A DNA stretch of 64,000 nucleotides from a virus. Taxonomy: Duplodnaviria > Caudoviricetes. Position 1 is the first letter of the stretch. Every line of letters begins with the position of its first letter. This document shows, in pieces, positions 8,434 to 18,010 of this stretch. The position numbers and the translations under genes were made by a program. Under the pieces are notes generated by a model. The model made no database searches. It was given only the letters and a program-made list of their open reading frames with translations, and was not told the DNA's origin. The stretch spans positions 64,001 to 128,000 of IMG/VR virus record IMGVR_UViG_3300032138_000002; one strand, written 5' to 3'.

Positions 8434-9249
8434 TTATTTTTTTAATTTATTAATTTCTCGCTGCAATAAATCTATTTGTTTTTGTTGATCTTTTATAGCT
8501 TCTATCAATATCGGCGTTAAGCGAGAATAATCAATTCCCAATAGCTCGCTCTGAGAGTCTACAATTTCTGGAAGAATTATCTGCATTTCCTGGGCGATAA
8601 GTCCCACCTCGGGAGACCCGCCCGTTTTTAAATTATAAGTTACACCCTGCATCGAGCGTACCTTTTCAATCGCACCATCAATGGGTTTAATATTAGTTTT
8701 AATTCGTTCATCTGAATAAGTAACATATGCCGAAGCCTTGATCTGGCCCGTCTGCGCGTTGTTCGGAAGAATAAGCCCATAGCTAGAATTTGGAGCTATC
8801 CCAATACCCACTGAACCTGCGAAATAACCTCCTTGAGAACCCGTCAATTGTGCCGTGATGGTCGTAGTGTCGGCTGCCGCGTTCCCCAAGGTCACGCTTC
8901 CAGAGACACCCAGAGTGCCGCCGACGCCAAGAGACCCCGTTGTGTCGATATAACCATTTCCGCTAGCTATCCAGCCGACATCATCCTCAAGGCCCGCTGC
9001 AGCTATAGTTATGGTGCCGGCACCATCGTCTGTTATCGTTATGTTCGAGCCGGTCGCAAGACTTTTAAATTGTAATTCTGTGCCAGACTTTTGATAAAAA
9101 ACGCCGTCGGCTCCAGGATCCCCTACGTTTGCGGCAGTGTTGACTTCACCACCACTAGACGCGTCCGAATACTGGATGATCTTTTTACGTAATTTCCCTT
9201 CGGTATAATCGGCAATGTTGCCGACACCGGGACGAAAAGATTTAGCCAT
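8434..9249 (-). CDS. Short tail fibre/spike with C-terminal peptidase S74 chaperone
   Basis: YSDERIKTNI...VGLIAQEM..ILPEIV...IDYSRLTPILIEAIKDQ. Confidence 0.88.
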   Translation of the reverse strand: MAKSFRPGVGNIADYTEGKLRKKIIQYSDASSGGEVNTAANVGDPGADGVFYQKSGTELQFKSLATGSNITITDDGAGTITIAAAGLEDDVGWIASGNGYIDTTGSLGVGGTLGVSGSVTLGNAAADTTTITAQLTGSQGGYFAGSVGIGIAPNSSYGLILPNNAQTGQIKASAYVTYSDERIKTNIKPIDGAIEKVRSMQGVTYNLKTGGSPEVGLIAQEMQIILPEIVDSQSELLGIDYSRLTPILIEAIKDQQKQIDLLQREINKLKK

Positions 9250-9263
9250 GACAATATAGTCTC

Positions 9264-9683
9264 CTACTTAAGAGCGTATGAGGCTCCTATAGTAATTAGT
9301 AGGCCGGTGCCAATGCCGCCTAGAAACCACCACGTAGTATTGTCTCTTTCTAATGCTAAGTCTTGTAAGCTCTCAATTTGACCATTCTTTATGGAGAGCA
9401 TGGAATCATATTTTTTGTTAGCTGCATCCAGATCAGCTTGCAAATTGTCGATCGTAAGGCCTAATTCGGCTCGCAGTCGCTCTTCTAGAATTTCTAAGTT
9501 CAAACTATGTTGAGCAATCAAAGCTTCTCTCTGCGCAATCGTCTCGGCAACTGCGGCAGCATTATATAATATCCCACTATATGGTGCTGTATCACCCTCA
9601 CTCAAAGGGGCAATCTGTGGGAGTTCTGCCATAGCCTGAAAAGGAAACAGCATTAATAAAAATATTGAAACTAGTTTAGTCAT
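9264..9683 (-). CDS. Exported coiled-coil protein with C-terminal TM helix (possible spanin-like partner)
   Basis: Signal peptide ending AMA, heptad-rich middle, terminal WWFLGGIGTGLLITIGA; lysis-gene context. Confidence 0.5.
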   Translation of the reverse strand: MTKLVSIFLLMLFPFQAMAELPQIAPLSEGDTAPYSGILYNAAAVAETIAQREALIAQHSLNLEILEERLRAELGLTIDNLQADLDAANKKYDSMLSIKNGQIESLQDLALERDNTTWWFLGGIGTGLLITIGASYALK

Positions 9684-9686
9684 TAT

Positions 9687-10103
9687 CTATATATTTTTTA
9701 AAATATCTTGTACTGCTTCTTGTGTTTGTGCTTTAAAAATCTTAAGGGCATCTTCTTTTTCAATTTTATGCTTTTTTAAAACTTTTATGAGATTTTTGAC
9801 AGCCTTTTGTCTTTTCGCGTCTTCGCGAGGAGCAGAACGACGCATATGATAGCCTCCCCAAGCATTAATAATTTGTAAATCTCTATTTCCAATCGTATAT
9901 TTACGTGTTTGAGTTGTCTGGACGGGAACTTCTCGTTCTGGAGTTTGAGCGGCTACATCCTGGGGTGCCATGGCGCCAAAGCCAGATAGTGTCCCCATTC
10001 CTAAAGCCAACTTCTGTTTCCAATTCAATTCATTAAGTTCCTCTGTAAGAAGCCCTTGTTCGAACTTTTTCCAATTCTCTAATATTAGTTTCATATCACT
10101 CAT
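9687..10103 (-). CDS. Protein with MKLILENW leader, LxE sites and an internal signal-peptide-like segment; start re-called to 10103
   Basis: MSDMKLILENWKKF...LLTEELNE followed by WKQKLALGMGTLSGFGAMAPQDVAAQ. Confidence 0.6.
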   Translation of the reverse strand: MSDMKLILENWKKFEQGLLTEELNELNWKQKLALGMGTLSGFGAMAPQDVAAQTPEREVPVQTTQTRKYTIGNRDLQIINAWGGYHMRRSAPREDAKRQKAVKNLIKVLKKHKIEKEDALKIFKAQTQEAVQDILKNI

Positions 10104-10515
10104 TAGGTTTCTCCCATATTTCAAATCCGAACTCTTCTTTAATTAGTTCGGCTAATTTATTTGGGTCATCCTTTGTTTCTTCAATAATTTCTTTAACCCG
10201 TTGTTTTTGTTGAGATGTAATTTTCTGGCTTTCCTCCTCCAGCTTCCTCTCTATAAGTTTCAAAGTGAGTTGATATTTTTTAAGATTATCCTCACGCTCT
10301 TTAATCGCTTGTGCGTGAGCCTCTTCTAGCGCGGAGACTTCTGCTTTGTGGGCGGCCCGGGCGTCTGCTAACATCTTTTTGGCGTTGCGGGTGTTTTTGC
10401 TAAAAATTGCATAAAGGAGAATGGTGTACACTAAAAGTGCAACAATCTTCCAATTATGTTTACACCACAACCACGCTTTAGCTAGGCCGGTTTTGAAAGC
10501 CAACCATGTCATCAC
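10096..10515 (-). CDS. Putative inner-membrane spanin (N-terminal TM plus coiled coil)
   Basis: TM IVALLVYTILLYAIF followed by a long charged helix; directly downstream of the holin-like gene. Confidence 0.55.
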   Translation of the reverse strand: MMTWLAFKTGLAKAWLWCKHNWKIVALLVYTILLYAIFSKNTRNAKKMLADARAAHKAEVSALEEAHAQAIKEREDNLKKYQLTLKLIERKLEEESQKITSQQKQRVKEIIEETKDDPNKLAELIKEEFGFEIWEKPNE

Positions 10516-10715
10516 CTGTTATCACCATGTTTCCAGCGACTGGCAATATCAGCCAAACCTTCAATGCCAATATAAGCTAGCGCAACGGCAACCCATTCGT
10601 CTGAACCTAATTTATCCATTGCCAAAAAAGCTGTTGCTGTCGCCCATACAACAAGCTTTCGTGAGGCCCAACGCTCCAGCCAGCGGTCCATGCGTGCTCT
10701 CGTTTTATCACTCAT
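10512..10715 (-). CDS. Putative holin (two TM segments)
   Basis: 67 aa; SRK followed by two short hydrophobic segments and a charged C-terminus; AGGAG RBS. Confidence 0.6.
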   Translation of the reverse strand: MSDKTRARMDRWLERWASRKLVVWATATAFLAMDKLGSDEWVAVALAYIGIEGLADIASRWKHGDNR

Positions 10716-10730
10716 GATTTTCTCCTTGAG

Positions 10731-10979
10731 TTAATGGGATAAATAGCTTCTATTCTCCAAAAAACACTCATATTCTTCACAAGCTTCATTTAATTTTTCA
10801 AAGGCTATAAGGCGCTCTCCATAGGAAGCTTGATCATCATTTACAACTTGTCTATATTCATCTATTTCCTCTTTTAGCCTTTTAAACTTACGGACTTGTT
10901 TCAGTAACTGGTCCAGCTTCTGCTCGTACTTTTCGCGCAAGATTTGGTATTTGTAATCGTTGAGTTGTGCTGTGGTCAT
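10731..10979 (-). CDS. Hypothetical coiled-coil protein
   Basis: ORF with GGAG RBS; no family recognised. Confidence 0.55.
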   Translation of the reverse strand: MTTAQLNDYKYQILREKYEQKLDQLLKQVRKFKRLKEEIDEYRQVVNDDQASYGERLIAFEKLNEACEEYECFLENRSYLSH

Positions 10980-10992
10980 ATATATTTTCTCC

Positions 10993-13900
10993 TTATTGGT
11001 TAATATATGCTAGGCCGTCGACTTTTTCAATTTCGATAGTGGTGTCGACGCAATCTTTGAGGGAATCAAGGTGAGAAATAAGAAAAACCGTTTTAAATTG
11101 GGTTTTGATCATATCAGTTAATATTCGGATGAACCCCTCCATGTTGTCTTCGTCAAGGGACGTCCCCGGTTCGTCCAAGATAAATAAATCTGGCTTGGGG
11201 AGATTTGATACACTAAGTAGCGCAAGCCTAATGGCCATAGCAGCAATTGTCTTTTCAGCACCGGAACCCAACTCGATGGGCCGGGGTTCGTACTTAGAGT
11301 GCTTAATATTGATCTCAAGTTTTTTATCATTAGTCTCAAAGAAGACCTCAAAATCAACAATGTTAGATAAAATCTTGGCAATCTCCTCATTAATGACCGG
11401 TAACTTGTTTTTAATGATATCATAGGGAATTCCATCTTTGGAGCGCATGCACTTCTCATAAAGGTCGTAGGCCGCATAGTCTAGACGTAGTATCGCAAGT
11501 TCTTGTCGCTGGTCTCCGAGATTTTGTAATCGCTGTTCAAGGGAGCCATGGTTCTTATGAAGTTGTAGAAGTTCTTCTTCGCATATACCGAGCAGTTGCT
11601 CTTTCTCTTTTATTTGTGCGCATGTTGTTTTTTTCTGACTTAAGAGTTTTTCCAGATTTTCAATAGCTTCGCGATTGTTTTCATATTCAAGCAATTCCAT
11701 ATTAAGTCTCTCAACAGCCAATTGATTTGTGATAATCATATTATTATTTTTTTCGACAATTAGTTGGAGGTCTGAAATTACACGTTGTGTCTTATTTTCT
11801 TTATCAGCGATCTCTTCGTAACGTTCAACATATTGTTGCACCTTGTCGGGCTGTAGAAACTGAATTTTAGTTTCGGTCTCCGTTGAATATGTGCCTATTC
11901 TCTTGATCGCCTCTTCAATAATGTTAACGGTATTCGCCGATTTGTGGGCGTCCTTAATAAACTTACAGTGAGAGTACTCGCTGCCGCATGGAACTTCATC
12001 TAACAACGTAGATTTCTTCTTAGCTGCTAATAAGTCTTTGTCTTTATGACGTTTTTCGTTGTAAAGGTTATCCAGTTCTTGACGGTGTTCTTTGATAATC
12101 TGTTGAGTTTGTACGAATTCATCAATATCAAATACTGATTTAAGCTTGCGGACTTTTTCCAAATAAGCCTGGTGATCTTTAACCTGAGTATCACTAGCGA
12201 GATTTGCGCGAATAAGTTCTTGCACTTCGCGCTGTTTCGCCTCTAAAGAATTTTTAACTTCTTCATAATTTATAATTTCTGCGGGGATGGAACTAATTTT
12301 ATTTTTTATTTCCGCGAGGATATTTTGTTTCTTGCTGATTGTGCGCTTTACAGATCCGCAATATTTCTTCTTTTCCTTAGTAACTTTTTCGCTCTCTGCG
12401 ATATCGGCTTTTATCTCTTCAACTTCACTATCAAACTCTTTCTCTTCCAAACGTTTGATCGCCGACCTAATATCGGTGCATTCCTCTTTGGCCAATTTAT
12501 ATTTTTTATCGAAAATTTCTAAATCCAAAAATTTAGCCAAGATCTCTTTGCGTTTTACAGACCCTTCTTTAATATAGGAAAGGGAATCAGTCTGAGATGC
12601 CATAGATGTCAGCAAGAAATCGTCGAAGGTCCCGAAAATCTTACGGATTTTCTTGTCCGTATCTTGCCGACTTAAACCGTTTAGTTCTTGTTCGTCCCCT
12701 GTCACACCATCCTTTCGGGAAAACCCTACGTTAGTTTTTGCTTCTTTCGTGGTTTTGCCGTGCAACGTTCTTAGATATTTTTCTGAGTTTCTATCGATAG
12801 AGTAGAGTTTATCCCCCACCCATATATTAACTCTGCCCTGACAGTATTCTTTATTCTGATTGATCACATCAAGATTTTTTCTGTTGTTCTTGGACGTTTT
12901 ATCAAACATCGTGTACAGAATACTGTCGACCACGCTCGATTTACCAGAATAGTTTTTTCCGAATATGCCAACGATGCCCTCAAGGTTCCGAAAGTTGATT
13001 TTGTTGCCTTCCCCGTAGTTAAAAAGATTATCCCACTCTATAGAATCAATCCTCCAGCTTGTATTGCGAATAACATCCTCTTCTTCCTCAACGACGGTGT
13101 TAAATCGCTTGTTCAAATCAAGAACTTTATCCAGAATTTCCTCCGAGGGGTCGTAATCCTTCAAGTATTCGCGAATGAACTTTTCTTGGACACCAATATC
13201 GCGAAGGTCTTCTTGAAGCAAATTACTTGTCAAATTTTCTACATTCCCTCTATTGCCAGTCGCCTTGTTCACAAAGGTTACCACCTCGGGCTTGAACTTC
13301 GTCTTGGCTACCTCCACAGCTTTTTTAAGAACATTTAAAGAGAGATTATTGCGCGATACAACACGCAGCCGGGCGTTCGGAGGCACCACAGCCTTTTTAG
13401 GGATTTTGCCCTTGGGGGTAAGTTCTACAGTAACGAAGGGTTTGGGATTGGGAACAGCAACATGTTCGCAAGTATAGTTGTCTTTATCTTGAATATCCCA
13501 AACCAGATATCCTTTATCATTAGTTTCTCCATGGTTTTGTTGGACTGTCGAACCACAATAACGCACTCGGCCGTCGTCGTCCAAGATCTGATTAGTCTTG
13601 TGAATATCCCCGAGAAACACATAATCGTAATTCTTAAAAATAGAGATATCATTTTCCCCGTATTCCATAACCCAATTTTGGTCCGTCTTGCAGCCGCTAA
13701 TTGAGCCATGGTGAAGTGCAATGTTTATTCGATCTAGATCAGCCGGTTCTTTCCAATTTTCTTCATCAAATACGGATAAGACATTTAAAGAAAAGATATC
13801 ATCGATGTGCGTCTCCCCGGATTGTTTTAAGAAATGAAGCTGCGGGTGGTTGAGCGCTTCTACAATGGGGGTGATGGCGTCTTGCCGGCTACTATTTTTT

Positions 13901-14151
13901 AAATTTCCGTCATGATTGCCGGGAATTACATACGTCGGGGCGATGTCTGCTAAATTCTTCAAAAACCATTGGGCCATGTCAAAATATTCAGGGCTTAATT
14001 GGGTCTTGGTATGGGCGAGGTCACCGCAATGGATAATGCAATCCACTTTTTCTTTCTTAAGATTTTCGAATATTTGTGTGAAGACCTTACGATATTCATG
14101 GTGGTACTTCAGATTCCGGATGTGGGTATCTGCAATGTGGGCGAACTTCAA
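10993..14151 (-). CDS. Fused SbcD/Mre11 nuclease and SbcC/Rad50 ATPase (gp47-gp46-like)
   Basis: Metallophosphoesterase motifs ADTH, GD, GNHD, GDIH; Walker A GKNYSGKSS, coiled coil, signature GSGAEK, Walker B LDEP, ISH. Confidence 0.93.
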   Translation of the reverse strand: MKFAHIADTHIRNLKYHHEYRKVFTQIFENLKKEKVDCIIHCGDLAHTKTQLSPEYFDMAQWFLKNLADIAPTYVIPGNHDGNLKNSSRQDAITPIVEALNHPQLHFLKQSGETHIDDIFSLNVLSVFDEENWKEPADLDRINIALHHGSISGCKTDQNWVMEYGENDISIFKNYDYVFLGDIHKTNQILDDDGRVRYCGSTVQQNHGETNDKGYLVWDIQDKDNYTCEHVAVPNPKPFVTVELTPKGKIPKKAVVPPNARLRVVSRNNLSLNVLKKAVEVAKTKFKPEVVTFVNKATGNRGNVENLTSNLLQEDLRDIGVQEKFIREYLKDYDPSEEILDKVLDLNKRFNTVVEEEEDVIRNTSWRIDSIEWDNLFNYGEGNKINFRNLEGIVGIFGKNYSGKSSVVDSILYTMFDKTSKNNRKNLDVINQNKEYCQGRVNIWVGDKLYSIDRNSEKYLRTLHGKTTKEAKTNVGFSRKDGVTGDEQELNGLSRQDTDKKIRKIFGTFDDFLLTSMASQTDSLSYIKEGSVKRKEILAKFLDLEIFDKKYKLAKEECTDIRSAIKRLEEKEFDSEVEEIKADIAESEKVTKEKKKYCGSVKRTISKKQNILAEIKNKISSIPAEIINYEEVKNSLEAKQREVQELIRANLASDTQVKDHQAYLEKVRKLKSVFDIDEFVQTQQIIKEHRQELDNLYNEKRHKDKDLLAAKKKSTLLDEVPCGSEYSHCKFIKDAHKSANTVNIIEEAIKRIGTYSTETETKIQFLQPDKVQQYVERYEEIADKENKTQRVISDLQLIVEKNNNMIITNQLAVERLNMELLEYENNREAIENLEKLLSQKKTTCAQIKEKEQLLGICEEELLQLHKNHGSLEQRLQNLGDQRQELAILRLDYAAYDLYEKCMRSKDGIPYDIIKNKLPVINEEIAKILSNIVDFEVFFETNDKKLEINIKHSKYEPRPIELGSGAEKTIAAMAIRLALLSVSNLPKPDLFILDEPGTSLDEDNMEGFIRILTDMIKTQFKTVFLISHLDSLKDCVDTTIEIEKVDGLAYINQ

Positions 14152-14159
14152 AATTTCTC

Positions 14160-15098
14160 CTAAATTTTTATTGAATCCAGCGCGTGGTCTATCATAAATG
14201 TATCAGGGCTCATGAAAATAGCGTTTTGTTTTCTCTCAGAGAATTCTTCTTTCGACATTTCTCCGATGTCCTGATACCCGGATGTATCGATTTTGTAAAC
14301 CTCTGCCCCGTAAGACAGAAGTTTATGGATAATATTAATAGATTTTTTCTTTGCATCCTCATCCAGAGCGACGAAAACTGACGCATCATTTTTAATGATT
14401 TCTTGAAATAGCAAGCTGTTAACTCGTAGTGTTGATCCCAGCATGGGAATTGAATTAGGGCCGGCGACGATCGCATCAAAGGCCCCTTCGACTAAAACGA
14501 CGTCTTTATTCCAATCCACAAAGAGATGGTTAAAAATAATGTCCCGGGAGGCCGAAGGGTTTAAATATTTTCTCCAGTCGTCAGTGAAGCTACGAGCGAT
14601 GAAGTAGTTCACGCGACCTTCCATATCAAAAGAAGGTACAATTATTCTCCCTTCGAACTGACCGCGAAGACAATAGCCTATTTTCCATTTTACTATATCT
14701 TCCTGTGTAATATTACGATTTTTAAGATAATTGAGGGCTCTCATAGACGAGAGTTCTTTGTTCCCTCCAGTTAGTGTAACAAATTCTTCCGGAAGAGTCA
14801 AGTAGTTTTTTATATTTTTTTTAACAATATCGTCAAAAAGCTTATCGAACTCTGTAATATCCTCTTTACCCGATAAGCGGTCCCAATCCTTAAGTTGGGC
14901 ATAACTACCAAATCTTTTGATGACGCGGCGGATTTTACGCCCATGTACATCACAGATCCAGCACTTGTATACATCACGCTCAGTATTTACTGACATCTTC
15001 CTTTTATGGTGACGGCAATAAGGACAATAATATAGACGTTCCTCGTTAGAAACAAAAGGTTTCCCGAGGATATCTTTTAAGATTTTATACTTTTCCAT
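14160..15098 (-). CDS. DNA primase (Zn finger plus TOPRIM)
   Basis: CPYC...CWIC zinc finger, YLKNRNI, GRIIVP, VEGAFD, LDED. Confidence 0.9.
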   Translation of the reverse strand: MEKYKILKDILGKPFVSNEERLYYCPYCRHHKRKMSVNTERDVYKCWICDVHGRKIRRVIKRFGSYAQLKDWDRLSGKEDITEFDKLFDDIVKKNIKNYLTLPEEFVTLTGGNKELSSMRALNYLKNRNITQEDIVKWKIGYCLRGQFEGRIIVPSFDMEGRVNYFIARSFTDDWRKYLNPSASRDIIFNHLFVDWNKDVVLVEGAFDAIVAGPNSIPMLGSTLRVNSLLFQEIIKNDASVFVALDEDAKKKSINIIHKLLSYGAEVYKIDTSGYQDIGEMSKEEFSERKQNAIFMSPDTFMIDHALDSIKI

Positions 15099-15607
15099 CC
15101 GGCCTTTGCAATAATATAAGCATCTGCTCTATCATAAGATCCTGGTTTAGGATTTCCGTGTCTCGTATATTCTATATTAAACTTATTTTCTTTGTCGAGT
15201 ACAAAATTCAAAACAACTTCTTTTGCCTTTTTTCCTTTTTCTACTTTTATACCACAAGATTTTCTCGCAGTTGGCGCAGAAATATAGTGGGGAGGTTTAA
15301 GATATTCCCCTTGACATATATATGATACAATACCATTAAATTTAGCTAATGTCAACAATGTTTTTGCTGATGAAAAGCCTGGTCTAAAAGACAAAAGAGG
15401 TTGTTCGATAAAAACCTCTGTAATATCATATCGTTTTACTTGATACAGCCAGTGTATCATGTTTTGTATTTCTTTCCCTTTTTCGTATAAAGTGGGGAAA
15501 TGGTTTTTGTTTCTTAGATCCCAGGCTTCGCAATAAACCAGTTCGCCGTCATCATTCAGAACCGTCGCTCCAACAATAGACGTAGATACATCTAAGCCCA
15601 AAATCAT
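15077..15607 (-). CDS. RuvC-like Holliday junction resolvase
   Basis: MILGLDVSTS, VFIEQP, DRADA: RNase H-fold catalytic pattern. Confidence 0.82.
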   Translation of the reverse strand: MILGLDVSTSIVGATVLNDDGELVYCEAWDLRNKNHFPTLYEKGKEIQNMIHWLYQVKRYDITEVFIEQPLLSFRPGFSSAKTLLTLAKFNGIVSYICQGEYLKPPHYISAPTARKSCGIKVEKGKKAKEVVLNFVLDKENKFNIEYTRHGNPKPGSYDRADAYIIAKAGWKSIKS

Positions 15608-15613
15608 AATATG

Positions 15614-15643
15614 ATTATATCAGATATCGATCTTTAATTTAAA
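15614..15643 (-). promoter_or_regulatory. Sigma70-type promoter TTTAAA-N18-TATAAT (TG extended) heading the resolvase-primase-SbcCD operon; probably leaderless
   Basis: Sense TGATATAAT-CATATT-ATG; no SD. Confidence 0.65.
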
Positions 15644-16957
15644 TGTAAAATCTCGAGTCGCCGTTTTTTTAATTGGGTTGGCCAATTTCGCAATTCCAAT
15701 CAAATTTTTATTTCTATCGTAAACACCCACTTTAGAAATGTAAGTGGTTTTTGCGAAGCTCCCGGTTCCATTGGGAAAAGAACTGCTCACGATATTCTTA
15801 ATTTCAAAGGTGGGGTCTTGGGTATACCCGGCTGAGCCACTCATAACGCCGTGCATAGAGCCCGAAAAGGAAGCGTTGGTATCTCCGGCTGCTGAAGCGG
15901 TGTTTGCGACCGTAAAGGTGGGGTTATTAGAGAAATTCAACTGCCCGCGGGGTGCATGTGCGAACATAGTCACAACGGGAGTATGGTTGGTGCCCTCGAA
16001 TTCCATGCTATAACTAGAAGAGGGTATATTAAGAGAACCTGAACCATCGTTGGGAATTCCGGTGCCCCAATAAGTCCACGTGGGGTTCGTGGCGGCGGTT
16101 GTAGCATTATAAGTTTCAGTATGGGGACTTAGAGCCCATGAACCAGTCAATAATACGATGCCTTCATTGTAAAGTACGACGCCTGCGACGCTCCCACTCT
16201 CGAAACCGGCGTAGGTTCCGCTTACCTCAATTAAATTACCGTTTTTATAGATATCTTTACATTGTGCTGCGAGTGTCCCACTCACATAAAATTTAATATC
16301 CATTGACCCCTTTTTAACTCCGGATCCACAAAAAATAGAAGGGATGTTAATAAAGTTTAGTTCTTGTGTTCCCTTATCCCACTGTGCAGTTCCATCGGAA
16401 ACATTTGCAGAAGCAGTATAAGCATATTGATCACTTAAATACGTATAATAATTTAATGTATTTTTCAAGGCATCAATGTGAGAACTGCTGACAGTCAGGA
16501 TTTGGGTCTTGTTTAGTTCGGGTAAAAAGACTTCTTTATTAGCCAAAATGAAGCGAGACTGATTCGTCCCAAAATATTGTCTAGCAATACTTGCTGAGAG
16601 CGGGTAACTGGAGGTCATCCTTGTGCCGTAGTCAGTTGTGTTATAAGACCCCGTAGTTATAGTGGAAAAGCCCATGCCTGAGGACCCCTTTACTATGAAG
16701 GGGCGGATTAAGGAAATATTGCCGGTGCCGGTTTCCCAATTATAAGTATCTAAATCTTCTGCTCTATCAACATTGAGTTCATACAAACTCACACTACCAA
16801 CAGGGTTTAACGTTACGTTAGTGGGGGTGATACTTCCGCTTTCATAAGGGGTGTTATTAAAAAAGACACTGCCACTATAAACCGTAAAGGAATTTCGTGG
16901 ATAAGTCTTAATTCTGTTTACTAAGACGTCATCTCTTCCAAACTTATAGTACGACAT
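15620..16957 (-). CDS. Virion/baseplate protein with tail-collar-like C-terminal motif
   Basis: C-terminus YISKVGVYDRNKNLIGIAKLANPIKK; paralog of 16973-17998; SGS/TGS rich. Confidence 0.7.
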   Translation of the reverse strand: MSYYKFGRDDVLVNRIKTYPRNSFTVYSGSVFFNNTPYESGSITPTNVTLNPVGSVSLYELNVDRAEDLDTYNWETGTGNISLIRPFIVKGSSGMGFSTITTGSYNTTDYGTRMTSSYPLSASIARQYFGTNQSRFILANKEVFLPELNKTQILTVSSSHIDALKNTLNYYTYLSDQYAYTASANVSDGTAQWDKGTQELNFINIPSIFCGSGVKKGSMDIKFYVSGTLAAQCKDIYKNGNLIEVSGTYAGFESGSVAGVVLYNEGIVLLTGSWALSPHTETYNATTAATNPTWTYWGTGIPNDGSGSLNIPSSSYSMEFEGTNHTPVVTMFAHAPRGQLNFSNNPTFTVANTASAAGDTNASFSGSMHGVMSGSAGYTQDPTFEIKNIVSSSFPNGTGSFAKTTYISKVGVYDRNKNLIGIAKLANPIKKTATRDFTFKLKIDI

Positions 16958-16972
16958 CGCATGACACCGCGG

Positions 16973-17998
16973 CTAATAATCCAACCTTACTCTTAACGTA
17001 AGCTCGGTTTCTGGGGATTTCTTTAATGGTTCAGATATTTTGGCTGTCGCTAATAGTTCGTTATCAGCAGAATAGAGGCCTACAGCCGTAATATAAGACT
17101 GTGGCTGATCTAGTGTCGATTCCTTGACACGGATTTTACTGGCTGAAAGATATGTGGGGTTTGAACTATAGTTAAATTCATTATGATTTGCTCGGCAAAA
17201 ATATACCGTCGAGTTTAACTCTGTAGTGTTGTTCCAATCATTGTTGTTCCAAATGTGTCGGAAAGCATCACAAGAGGCGCTAATAGCAGAGCCTGTCAAC
17301 ACGGCAACCAATCGCTCGGCGTCGGAGTTTGCGATACATTGAGCAAAAGAGGACGTGTGAAGAACCGCTATACCAGCTTGATAGAACAGAAGTCCGACGT
17401 TGCCCGAGAGTGAGCTAGACAGAATAGAATATTCACCAGCCGGAGAATCAGTATAAAAATCAGTAATGTTATTAGTAGTGGGGCAAGTGATTGTATCATT
17501 AGTTCCACTCATTGCTGATGGCCATTGGCGAGCGATATCCTTGTCTAGACTAAGTGTGAAGCTTCCTTTCTTAACTTCGTCTTTGCAGAGAAGTCTCGCA
17601 AAACTAACAAAGAAAACTTCTTTAAGTTTGCCACCACCAGGAATTTGAAATTCTTTAATGGCACCGGTCACGTCGTGGCCCATAAGTACTTGAGCCATTT
17701 GATTATAAATGTTAATCTTCTTGTCTTGCTGAGTTACATTAGAAGATGCACTCAAAGCCGAATTAGCTGAATATCCAAACGAGACATCAAATATATGATT
17801 TGCCGAAGAACTCAAATAAGGATAATCGTAGGTCGATTGGAACATGCCGTGAGAATAATTCTTTATGTTGGTCGTCGCAGTAGCGAGTTCACTATAAGTT
17901 CCGGAAACGATTGACCCCGTGAGAGGAATTGCTTCGTGCAACAAAGTCTTTGTTGCCGTAACGTCGTCGCTAGTTAATGGTTTGAAAGTAGTTGCCAT
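16973..17998 (-). CDS. Virion/baseplate protein with tail-collar-like C-terminal motif
   Basis: FNYSSNPTY and YITAVGLYSADNELLATAKISEPLKK; paralog of 15620-16957. Confidence 0.7.
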   Translation of the reverse strand: MATTFKPLTSDDVTATKTLLHEAIPLTGSIVSGTYSELATATTNIKNYSHGMFQSTYDYPYLSSSANHIFDVSFGYSANSALSASSNVTQQDKKINIYNQMAQVLMGHDVTGAIKEFQIPGGGKLKEVFFVSFARLLCKDEVKKGSFTLSLDKDIARQWPSAMSGTNDTITCPTTNNITDFYTDSPAGEYSILSSSLSGNVGLLFYQAGIAVLHTSSFAQCIANSDAERLVAVLTGSAISASCDAFRHIWNNNDWNNTTELNSTVYFCRANHNEFNYSSNPTYLSASKIRVKESTLDQPQSYITAVGLYSADNELLATAKISEPLKKSPETELTLRVRLDY

Positions 17999-18010
17999 GT
18001 TTTAATCACC

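Noticed and set aside
1975-15098. Inteins, introns or homing endonucleases in terminase, SbcCD or primase
   Set aside because: Lengths fit the domain content; no intein splice motifs or LAGLIDADG/HNH/GIY-YIG ORFs seen
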